From Candidatus Micrarchaeota archaeon (GTDB lineage Archaea > Micrarchaeota > Micrarchaeia > Norongarragalinales > WALN01): a DNA stretch of 35,117 nucleotides. Under the pieces are notes generated by a model that saw only the letters and a list, made by a program, of their open reading frames with translations, did no database searches and had not been told where the DNA came from. Positions 18,416 through 26,133 of this stretch are shown here, one piece after another (position 1 is the stretch's first letter; each line of letters starts with the position of its first letter). The position numbers were made by a program, and so were the translations under genes. The DNA is taken from contig WALN01000064.1 in assembly GCA_015522865.1 (NCBI GenBank), positions 1 to 35,117 of the forward strand. The letters run 5' to 3'.

Positions 18416-21400
18416 TTATTTTCCTTGTTGCTCCAGTTTAACATGAACTAGTTGCGAGCCCGCCTTAGTCATAGCTACCCCTATTAATGTATCTGCTTTT
18501 CTATATACGTCAAGATTGTGGGAAATCACTATAATTTGAGATTTATTTGATGCAAGTTTTTTTAATAATAGCGCGAGCTTGCGCGAGTTTTCGGGATCTA
18601 AAGCGGCGTCTGCTTCATCTAATATATAAATTGAAGAAGGATTGTACATTTGTATTGCAAGGATAAAAAGTAACGCGACCAGACTCTTTTCCCCCCCAGA
18701 CATGAGCTCTAGATATTTAATTGGTTTTCTTTCAAGTTTTATTTCCATAGTCAGCCCGCCTTCAAACGGTTGTTCTGGGTTTTCGAGTACCAGCGAGCCC
18801 TCTCCTGTAAAAATATGTTTAAATAATTTTTTAAAGTTTAAATTAAGGACGTCAAAAGTTTTCATGAAAGTGTTTGTTTTTTTAGTTTCTATTTCATTTA
18901 TTAAACCAATAACTGCTTCCTTTTCTCTCTCGAGTTGTTGCACCTGTTCAATCTGCGCTTCATACTGTTTCTTTTTTTCTTTAAACGCTTCTATCGACCT
19001 TAAATTTACCTCGCCTAAATCTGCGATTTTTCCTTCCAGTTCTTTTCTCTCTACGAATAGCTTCTCTTTTTTTTCGTTTATTATTTCTATAGACTCAAAC
19101 TCTTCGAATTCTGCTTTAAATATTGCAAGCGAGGATTCTAAAGACGCTTTTTCAGTTTCTAATTTGTGCAGTTCTCTTTCTATTTTCTCTTTCTCGAATT
19201 CTTTTTTGCCTTTTTCATTTCCAATTTTCGTTATTTGAGCGTCTATCTCTTCTCTCTGCTTAAAAAGCGATTGGAGTCTTGAGGAGATATTCTCCTGCTC
19301 TTTCTTTTTCTCACCCAGCTCCTTGGAGAGTTCTTTTATTCTTTCTTTATGCTCTTTAATTTCTTTAGATTTAGCTTCAATTTTTTTCATCGATTCTTCG
19401 AGGTTTTTCTTCAAATTTTTTATTTGTTTAATACGCATTTCATATGAATTGCCCAAAGATTTTATTTCGCTCTCCAATTCAACAATTTTGATTTTTAATT
19501 CAGACAAGTTTTTTTCTTTCTCCTTTATCTGCATCCCAAGCGTTTTTTCTTTTTCTACGTCCACATATTGCCTCGCGTCTACCAATTCTACATTTATCTT
19601 AGAGATTCTACGCACCAATTCATTTCTTTTTTCGTCCATTTTCTGTATATTCTCTTCAAGTTCTTTCACTTCTTCCATTGCTTTTCCAATAGCCTGCTTC
19701 AAATTATATTTTTTCTCCTCATCTTCAAGTTCTTTCTTATTTAAGTGCTCTAGCTCCAGCTCCTTTGACTTGCTTTCTATTTCTATCTTTGCCTTTTCTT
19801 TTCTTTTTTCTCTAATGCCTTTGTTTAGCTCGGCAACTTCTATTATTAATTTTTGCTTCTCTTCCTTATATTTTTCTATTTTTGCCTTCAACTCTTCCAT
19901 TTTTTTTTCTGCTCTAAGCGGATCAAAAATTACTGTTTTCCTACCGCCGCTTATTACGCCCGATTTTTCTACTATTTCTCCTTCTAATGTAACTATCCTT
20001 ACTTTATTTGCAAATTTTTTTGCTTCATTGATATTTTCTACTATAAGCGTGTTGGCACATGCATATTCAAAAGCTTTAGAAAATTTTTTGTCAAATTTTA
20101 AAATGTCCACTACATAGTCTATTGCCCCCTTTTCTCTTAGTAGCTTCTTGTCTCTCGCGTTTATGTAATAGAGCTTGTCCAATGGAATAAAAGACGCCTG
20201 TCCGCCCTTCTTCTTGAGAAATTCTACTGCTCTAATTCCGTCGTCAAATCTCTCTGCTATAAAATAATCTAAACGTTTTCCAAGTGCGGCCTCGACAGCT
20301 AACTCATACTTCTGGCTATAACTACACAAATTGTAAAGGGGCCCATTTATTCCTTTAAGCTGCCCTATCTGTTTGTATAAGTTTATTTTTTCGCTTCCTT
20401 TTTCTCCATAAGCTTTTACTCTAGCATTTAGGTTCATTATTTCTTCTCTTACGTTCAGAATGAGGTCTTCCAATATGCCTATCCTTCCATTTATTTCTTC
20501 AATTTTTTTATTATCTTCTTCAATTCCCCTTTCCAGCTTTTCATAATTTCCTTTTAAATCTTTCATTTTGTTTTCAATAGCTTTTTTTTGGATAGAATAA
20601 TCTTCCACTCTTCCTATTCTTAGCCTTTCAATTTCATCTCTTTTAACTCTTTTTACTTCGTCAAGTTTGCTTATTTCTCCCTGAATCTCAGCGAGGGCTT
20701 CCTTAGTTTTAATCATTTCTTCATTCAGTACTTCTATTCTCTTTTTAGATTCAAAATATTTACTCGAGAATTTCTCCGAAGCTTCCGTAATTTCTTTTAA
20801 TTCATTTCTTTTATTTTTTAGTATTTCCTGCACGCTATGAAGCTCCTCCTCCTTTTCCTTTTTTTGCTTTTCTAATGCCCTGCTTTCTTCTTCTATATTT
20901 TTCAGTTCTATACCCTCTTCTCTTTGCTTAGTTTCTGCTTCTTCTATTTCTTCTTTATCGTGCTTTATCATCGTTTGTCCTTCGCTCATCTTGCTGCTCA
21001 GCGTATCTATTTCTTTCTGAAGTTCTATTTCTCTATTCTGGCCCTTTTCCGAAATTATTTTGTTTATCTCATCTTTCTGTTTTTGTTTTTGCTTGATATT
21101 CTCTTCCAACTTACTGATTTCTTCTTTTAATTTAGAGGAGGACTCGCTAAATCCTTCCATTTTCTTCTCCGCACTTTTTAACTTGTCTTCCGTGTTTTTC
21201 AGGTCGCCATAAATTAAACTCCCTTTTACTTTTTTGAGCTGTTCCTGCAACTTAAGATAGCTTTCAGCATTTTCCTTTTCTCTTTCCAGTTCTTCTAGGT
21301 ATCCTTTTCTTTCTGAGAGTATAGCGGACGCACTGTTTAATTTGTCCTCCACTTCTTTTAGCTTTTCATACGCTTCTTTTTTCTTCTGCTCGTATTCAGC

Positions 21401-21847
21401 GACGCTAGCTACCTCATCCACCAACGCCCTTCTTTCTTTTGGGCTCATTTCAACTATTTTTTGAACTGCTCCCTGCATAATTACGTTGTTGGTTGATAGC
21501 CTATGAGCTGCGAGAAAATCATCAATAACATATTTTTTTACTCTTTTTCCGTCAAGGTAATAATTTTGATTCCCCTTTCTTTGGATTGTTCTTTCTATAA
21601 CATGTGATGGATTCTCGAAATAAAGGGTAACACTTGAAACCTTTGAATTTTTGAATGTTAAGTCAGAAGCTTTTTTGGCTCTTAGCTGCTTCATGCTACT
21701 TTCTCCAAAAGCAAAAAGGGTAGCATCCACTATATTAGATTTGCCGCTGCCATTAGGCCCAACTATGCTGTTAAACCCCTCCCTAAATACCAATTGCGCG
21801 TTTTTAAAAGACTTAAAATTGTGCAGTTTTAGCTTACTTATAAACAT
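18416..21847 (-). CDS. smc: Chromosome segregation protein SMC
   Basis: 1143 aa with Walker A GPNGSGKSN, long coiled coils, a central hinge, the LSGGEKSLVALLF signature and Walker B ILDEADAALD. Confidence 0.95.
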   Translation of the reverse strand: MFISKLKLHNFKSFKNAQLVFREGFNSIVGPNGSGKSNIVDATLFAFGESSMKQLRAKKASDLTFKNSKVSSVTLYFENPSHVIERTIQRKGNQNYYLDGKRVKKYVIDDFLAAHRLSTNNVIMQGAVQKIVEMSPKERRALVDEVASVAEYEQKKKEAYEKLKEVEDKLNSASAILSERKGYLEELEREKENAESYLKLQEQLKKVKGSLIYGDLKNTEDKLKSAEKKMEGFSESSSKLKEEISKLEENIKQKQKQKDEINKIISEKGQNREIELQKEIDTLSSKMSEGQTMIKHDKEEIEEAETKQREEGIELKNIEEESRALEKQKKEKEEELHSVQEILKNKRNELKEITEASEKFSSKYFESKKRIEVLNEEMIKTKEALAEIQGEISKLDEVKRVKRDEIERLRIGRVEDYSIQKKAIENKMKDLKGNYEKLERGIEEDNKKIEEINGRIGILEDLILNVREEIMNLNARVKAYGEKGSEKINLYKQIGQLKGINGPLYNLCSYSQKYELAVEAALGKRLDYFIAERFDDGIRAVEFLKKKGGQASFIPLDKLYYINARDKKLLREKGAIDYVVDILKFDKKFSKAFEYACANTLIVENINEAKKFANKVRIVTLEGEIVEKSGVISGGRKTVIFDPLRAEKKMEELKAKIEKYKEEKQKLIIEVAELNKGIREKRKEKAKIEIESKSKELELEHLNKKELEDEEKKYNLKQAIGKAMEEVKELEENIQKMDEKRNELVRRISKINVELVDARQYVDVEKEKTLGMQIKEKEKNLSELKIKIVELESEIKSLGNSYEMRIKQIKNLKKNLEESMKKIEAKSKEIKEHKERIKELSKELGEKKKEQENISSRLQSLFKQREEIDAQITKIGNEKGKKEFEKEKIERELHKLETEKASLESSLAIFKAEFEEFESIEIINEKKEKLFVERKELEGKIADLGEVNLRSIEAFKEKKKQYEAQIEQVQQLEREKEAVIGLINEIETKKTNTFMKTFDVLNLNFKKLFKHIFTGEGSLVLENPEQPFEGGLTMEIKLERKPIKYLELMSGGEKSLVALLFILAIQMYNPSSIYILDEADAALDPENSRKLALLLKKLASNKSQIIVISHNLDVYRKADTLIGVAMTKAGSQLVHVKLEQQGK

Positions 21848-22091
21848 ATGGAGGTATAAGGAAAGATAATTTATTATACATTTTCCTTTACTATTTCAGT
21901 GGTAGCGACCTCCCCCCCACATTTTGTTTTTAAACAAGCGGTGCCGACTTAATTGGTGATAGCATGAAAATAGACGTAAGTACGCTTTCGTATCGCGAAG
22001 CAGCCGGCTTGATAAAAAACACAAAGAGAGAAATTACCGGTTTTTCAAAAGTAAATAATACTGTTTTTTTATTTTTTTGATTTCTATTTTT

Positions 22092-22727
22092 TTATATACT
22101 CTTTGTGGGTGGTTGCTGCTCTTCTCTCAGAATTATACTGATAAATTTCCATATAGATGTTGCAAGCGGAGTATTTGAAACAACACCATAAATTTTATTT
22201 TTGCTTTTAATCTGCCCTGCAAGCCCCTTTATTCCTATTGGTGCTTCTGATACTATTTTGATAAGCAAAAATGGTTTTCTGCATAAAATGATCAACGAGT
22301 TTTTGTCCGAGAAGAGTATATAGTATTTTATCTTTTTAGTTACAAGCACATGAAGAACCCTGGCGCGGATTACTTCTAATGAAAGCTCAGTATCTATTTT
22401 ATTTTTGGCTTTTTTCGAGAGCGAGTTTTTTACATAGAATAAACATAGCCAGTAAACCACCATATAAACGAAAAGAGGGATAAAAATTGCTACTAGTAGT
22501 AGTGCTACCTTTCCATAAAGTCCAAATTTATTTGCAAGCTCAACATACATGAAGGCGGAAAAAAATGCAACGATTAATATAACTATTGCTTTGCCTTCAA
22601 AACTTTTCAATTTTAGAAGCAATTTTGAAATTAACTCCGCTGCTTTCATATTATTACCACTTAAAACATTAATAAAAACATAACTATTAGCTGAAACAAT
22701 GGGTAGGAATAAAAAATTATTCTTCAT
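22092..22727 (-). CDS. Membrane protein, hypothetical (start uncertain; internal ATG at 22649 is possible)
   Basis: Three hydrophobic helices followed by a soluble C-terminal domain. The first 26 codons would overlap the likely tRNA-Gln promoter region. Confidence 0.45.
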   Translation of the reverse strand: MKNNFLFLPIVSANSYVFINVLSGNNMKAAELISKLLLKLKSFEGKAIVILIVAFFSAFMYVELANKFGLYGKVALLLVAIFIPLFVYMVVYWLCLFYVKNSLSKKAKNKIDTELSLEVIRARVLHVLVTKKIKYYILFSDKNSLIILCRKPFLLIKIVSEAPIGIKGLAGQIKSKNKIYGVVSNTPLATSIWKFISIILREEQQPPTKSI

Positions 22728-22848
22728 GTTTTATTTATAGTCCCGTAGTCTAGTGGCCAAGGATGACAGGCTTTGGACGAAGCTCTCTTTTTCTTGTAAG
22801 AAAAAGAGACCTTCAGGAGAGAAAAAGAACGGGTTGTAGAAGACCTTC

Positions 22849-22912
22849 AGGAGAGAAAAAGAACAAAAATGAAAGAAGAACTTCTTGATGCAGCTTCTTT
22901 CTAAGAAGCTGC
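22849..22912 (+). repeat. 64-nt intra-intron direct repeat, copy 1
   Basis: aggagagaaaaagaacaaaaatgaaagaagaacttcttgatgcaGcttctttctaagaagCtgc is 62/64 identical to 23027-23090. The shorter repeat gaccttcaggagagaaaaagaac also occurs at 22808-22830 and 22842-22864. Confidence 0.9.
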
Positions 22913-22960
22913 TTTGGAACATCTTAGTACTTTCTTTCTTCTTAAGAAAGAAAGGACCAG
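22912..22960 (+). repeat. 49-nt module shared with the tRNA-His downstream repeats
   Basis: ctttggaacatcttagtactttctttcttcttaagaaagaaaggaccag matches 34938-34986 and 35038-35086 at 47/49 positions. Confidence 0.9.
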
Positions 22961-22990
22961 CACCTCTCTTAAAAAGAGAGCTGCACCAGA

Positions 22991-23025
22991 GAACTTCTTG
23001 ATGCAACTTCTTTCTAAGAAGTTGC
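22991..23025 (+). repeat. Partial (35-nt) third copy of the hairpin part of the 64-nt repeat
   Basis: gaacttcttgatgcaacttctttctaagaagttgc is identical to 23056-23090. Confidence 0.9.
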
Positions 23026-23026
23026 T

Positions 23027-23090
23027 AGGAGAGAAAAAGAACAAAAATGAAAGAAGAACTTCTTGATGCAACTTCTTTCTAAGAAGTTGC
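23027..23090 (+). repeat. 64-nt intra-intron direct repeat, copy 2
   Basis: See copy 1. It differs only at 23071 (A versus G22893) and 23087 (T versus C22909), which are the two partners of one stem base pair. Confidence 0.9.
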
Positions 23091-23170
23091 GGAGAAACCT
23101 GTAGACGCCGGTTCGAATCCGGTCGGGACTATTTAAAGAATAATGGTGAAATAATATAGGTGAGATTGAA

Positions 23171-23359
23171 TTGGGCAGAGTAAAAGGAGTTATGATTAGA
23201 AAAACGGCTGAGGTCTTACTTAAGAAATTGGAGTTTTCTTCTGATTTCGATTACAACAAGAAGAAACTTAAAGAAGTACCCGGCCTTAATAGTAAACTAT
23301 TCAGAAATAAGATAGCTGGCTATATAAGCAAAAAACTGCATAATGAATCAAATGTTTAA
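23171..23359 (+). CDS. rps17e: Ribosomal protein S17e
   Basis: xGRVKGVMIRKTAEVLLKKL.. matches the S17e N-terminus. The first codon of the open frame is ATT, directly after an in-frame TGA at 23168-23170. GGTGA SD at 23160-23164. Confidence 0.8.
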   Translation: MGRVKGVMIRKTAEVLLKKLEFSSDFDYNKKKLKEVPGLNSKLFRNKIAGYISKKLHNESNV

Positions 23360-24837
23360 TACTGCCTGGCTACGTAGACTTTATATCTAGCTGGCTTTCC
23401 GCATATTATGCATTTTTCATTAGTTTTTTCTATTTTTGTTAAATTAGTTGAACTCGTGTTTGTGTCTGCAATTATTCCCCTTACTTTTGCTCTAGTTTTT
23501 TCCTGCAGCTCAGCAGCGCATTTTTCTCCCTCTTTTTCAATAGAGCAAAACGGCACTTTTGCTATGCCTTTGTTATCCAATATTTTTTCAACTTCTTCCA
23601 AGCTATGCGCTTCAATTATGTGCTCTGAAAAATATTTTTCTGCCCTTTTTTTCAACCTCAGGTCAAAAGAATTTAGTTCTCTTTTTATTGCTCCCACTAT
23701 CTCCTCTTCCTTTACTCTTATTTTCTCCTTGTTGTCTCTAAAGACTACGGTCATTTCCTTTTGCGCTACCTCTTTTTCTCCTATTTCTATTCTTATCGGC
23801 ACTCCCAGCATTTCCCATTTGTTGAATTTGAATCCGGGGGTTTTTTCTGAGCTGTCCACCTTAGCGGATATACTTTCCTTCTCCAGTAATTTTTCTGTTT
23901 TGGCGCATCTGCTTAAAACTTCTTTTTTGTTTTTTTCTTTAAAAATAGGTATAATTATTACTTTTAGTGATGCGACAGAAGAAGGTAAAATTAACCCCTT
24001 TTTATCTCCGTGAATACTCACTATTGCTGCAAGTATCCTCCATACGCCCGGCCCAAAACAGGTCTGATAGACATATTTTGCCTCTCCCTTTTTGCTTCTA
24101 TATTTTATATTGAACGGTTTTGAGAAGTTTTGGCCAAGCAGATGCGTGGTTGCAATTTGCAACACTTTTCCATCCGGCATCAGAATATCGTATGCAAATG
24201 TTTTCTCAGCGCCCGGGAAGGTGTCCCAATAGGGTCTTTGAAAAACTAAGAACGGAATTTGCAATTTATTTTTAAAAATTTTTTCAGTGATTTCCATATC
24301 TTTTTTAACTTGTTTGACCGCCTCCTCGCTGCTTGCAAAAACATCATGAGTCTCTATCCACAAAAACTCTTTGCCTCTTAAAAATGGTGCAGGTTCTTTC
24401 TCGTTTCGGAATACAGAGCAGGACTGAAAGAATTTGAAAGGCAGTTGAGACTCTTCTCTGAGCCAGAGCGAATACATTTTATAAAACGCAGTTTCGCTTG
24501 TTGGTCTCAGAAAAAGCTTTCTTTCCAATTTTTCACTGCCGGCTTCTGTAATCCAAAATACCTCCGGGATAAAACCTTCCAGATGTTCTTTTTCTTTTTC
24601 TAAATTCTCCTCTGGTATAACCGTGGGAAATAGAACTTGCTCATGAGCATCTTTTTTTAGCTCGCTCTCAAAAAATGCATATATTTTATTTAGGATGAAC
24701 ATCGCTCTTGGCTTGTGGACTATAAACCCTTTCACATTATATCTGTTGTCTGCCAAATCTGCCGCATAAATTATAGTGTTGTACCACTCTGAAAAATTTT
24801 TCTCTTTATCAATATCAAACTCTCTTTTTTCCATCAT
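23356..24837 (-). CDS. proS: Prolyl-tRNA synthetase, archaeal/eukaryal type
   Basis: FSEWYNTII.., class II motifs (FRNE.., TCFGPG), an anticodon-binding domain, and a C-terminal zinc-binding extension ending ..CIICGKPARYKVYVARQY. Confidence 0.95.
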   Translation of the reverse strand: MMEKREFDIDKEKNFSEWYNTIIYAADLADNRYNVKGFIVHKPRAMFILNKIYAFFESELKKDAHEQVLFPTVIPEENLEKEKEHLEGFIPEVFWITEAGSEKLERKLFLRPTSETAFYKMYSLWLREESQLPFKFFQSCSVFRNEKEPAPFLRGKEFLWIETHDVFASSEEAVKQVKKDMEITEKIFKNKLQIPFLVFQRPYWDTFPGAEKTFAYDILMPDGKVLQIATTHLLGQNFSKPFNIKYRSKKGEAKYVYQTCFGPGVWRILAAIVSIHGDKKGLILPSSVASLKVIIIPIFKEKNKKEVLSRCAKTEKLLEKESISAKVDSSEKTPGFKFNKWEMLGVPIRIEIGEKEVAQKEMTVVFRDNKEKIRVKEEEIVGAIKRELNSFDLRLKKRAEKYFSEHIIEAHSLEEVEKILDNKGIAKVPFCSIEKEGEKCAAELQEKTRAKVRGIIADTNTSSTNLTKIEKTNEKCIICGKPARYKVYVARQY

Positions 24838-24924
24838 GCATTAATATATGCTCCAATATTTAAAAAACTAGAGATGCCCTACTCTCTGCGAAATCTATAA
24901 ATTTGGCAAAGAACATAGACATTT

Positions 24925-25860
24925 ATGAAACTATTTGGGAAGAGGCGCGTAGAGCTAGAACAATTGAAAGGCCGAAGAACGCCGCAAAATATCGCGCTTA
25001 GAGCAGTGATGAGGAAATCTCCCGAAGTTGCAAAGAGATTTTTAGATGCGCTCAGTGAAAGCCAATATAAAAAATTTGAAAAACTTGGAACGCGCTATGT
25101 GAGATTTTTGGTCTACAAAAAAAGAGAGATTCCCCCAGAAGCGCTTAAAAATGTGCTTTACGGGAGGGAACTCTCAGATGAAGAGAAAGAAAGAATAAAG
25201 AAAGGATATGAATGGTATCTTACACATTTTACAAACAAATCCCCAGAAATTAGAAAAAGATTAGTCGAGGAGGCTATGGAACACACCAGATATTTTAGCG
25301 CCGCAGAGCCTTTTTTCTTCGGTCCTCATTCAGTTCCAAATATTCGACACAAAAAACTGGAAATTGAAAGGATAAAGAAATGGGGGTTATACCCCGACTA
25401 TGGCATGGTGCGGCGCAATATGTTTTATCAAACGGACGTTATATCTTTACACAAAATCCCATTCGAAGCCATTTCAGCTCATGAATTCTATCATTTTAGA
25501 GCCATGGGTCAAAATCTTAATTCTGAGATTACTGCCAACGCCATCACTACTTTTTTAGCGAGGAGAAGGCTGTTTTCTCCTTCGCTCAAAACAAAACTAA
25601 TTATAACTTTAAATCGCCTAAAAATTTTGAAAAATATTCCGTATAGCGCGCATAATGCTTTCCTCTATTTAGTAGGCCAAAAAGTGGGATATATAGCTCA
25701 AAAATTTGAAAGAAAAAAAGAGGGCCGGGGAGTAGCATTTATGAGATTTCTTGATAGAAAAATGAGAGAAAAGTTCAAAAGTGAAAAGGAAATTACGCCC
25801 GCAATTTTCGACAGTTTTCTAAAAAGCTCTCTAAGAGGATTTAAAAATACTGGCTCCTAA
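24925..25860 (+). CDS. Basic hypothetical protein with an HExxH motif (AHEFYHF)
   Basis: 311-aa ORF. The single HEFYH string is a possible zinc-metallopeptidase motif. I recognise no family. Confidence 0.5.
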   Translation: MKLFGKRRVELEQLKGRRTPQNIALRAVMRKSPEVAKRFLDALSESQYKKFEKLGTRYVRFLVYKKREIPPEALKNVLYGRELSDEEKERIKKGYEWYLTHFTNKSPEIRKRLVEEAMEHTRYFSAAEPFFFGPHSVPNIRHKKLEIERIKKWGLYPDYGMVRRNMFYQTDVISLHKIPFEAISAHEFYHFRAMGQNLNSEITANAITTFLARRRLFSPSLKTKLIITLNRLKILKNIPYSAHNAFLYLVGQKVGYIAQKFERKKEGRGVAFMRFLDRKMREKFKSEKEITPAIFDSFLKSSLRGFKNTGS

Positions 25861-25888
25861 TCGTTATGTTTGCTGTCGGTGTAGTTAT

Positions 25889-26103
25889 ATGAAAGTAGTG
25901 ATTATTGGAGCCAGTCCGGCACTCTTCTTTATGCCCCCGAGATCAAATTCCACGCAATAGAAGTATCGGTAAATGCTGACATGCAGACGCCTGTGAAGGG
26001 ACTCTATGCAATAGGAGATGGGGCAAGAGTTTCTCGCGGTATTGTTACTGCCGCAGCAAGCGGCTTGTTAGCTGCCCAGTCCATTAACTCCGAAAAATAT
26101 TAA
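25889..26103 (+). pseudogene. Remnant of an FAD-dependent dehydrogenase: N-terminal dinucleotide-binding stub fused out of frame to the C-terminal ~50 codons
   Basis: Frame 1 reads MKVVIIGASPALFF.. then stops at 25958-25960. A shifted frame reads ..APEIKFHAIEVSVNADMQTPVKGLYAIGDGARVSRGIVTAAASGLLAAQSINSEKY-stop (26101-26103), typical of the C-terminal FAD-binding GD motif region. Confidence 0.5.
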
Positions 26104-26133
26104 TAAGTAATTTACCATTATATTACTGATACC

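Larger units (their letters stand above)
22777..23096 (+). other. tRNA-Gln intron: non-coding and highly structured, built of repeated hairpins
   Basis: Hairpins with pyrimidine 5' arms and purine 3' arms at 22779-22814, 22890-22912, 22930-22954, 22960-22984, 23003-23025 and 23068-23090. The boundary is ambiguous by 1 nt because an A is present on both sides. Confidence 0.8.
22739..23131 (+). tRNA. tRNA-Gln (anticodon TTG at 22773-22775) with one ~320-nt intron at the canonical 37/38 position; CCA not encoded
   Basis: Exons 22739-22776 and 23097-23131. Acceptor AGTCCCG/CGGGACT, T8, A14, GG in the D-loop, anticodon stem ACAGG/CCTGT, loop CTTTGGA, T-arm GCCGG-TTCGAAT-CCGGT, discriminator A. 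Confidence 0.85.

Noticed and set aside
18642-20117. Long plus-strand ORFs (198 and 264 aa) antisense to smc
   Set aside because: These are Ser/Phe/Leu/Ile-rich low-complexity translations, mirror images of the Lys/Glu-rich SMC coiled coil. The smc frame has unambiguous conserved motifs.
21964-22080. Short plus-strand ORF MKIDVSTLSYREAAGLIKNTKREITGFSKVNN.. followed by T-tracts, faintly reminiscent of the N-terminus of GXGXG-domain proteins
   Set aside because: It is only about 38 codons and the similarity is impressionistic. It could be another gene remnant, but I cannot support that from the sequence alone.
22731-23006. 91-aa minus-strand ORF from the track, overlapping the tRNA-Gln 5' exon and intron
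   Set aside because: It lies entirely within the tRNA gene and its repeat-hairpin intron. The translation is low-complexity (F/K/S/L-rich) and is generated by the purine/pyrimidine hairpin arms. It has no RBS.
22880-23070. Possible box C/D guide RNA inside the tRNA-Gln intron, because TGATGC recurs three times (analogy with the tRNA-Trp intron guide)
   Set aside because: The motif deviates from RUGAUGA. I found no properly spaced CUGA D box and no terminal stem, so a C/D assignment is unsupported by eye. A covariance-model scan could revisit this.
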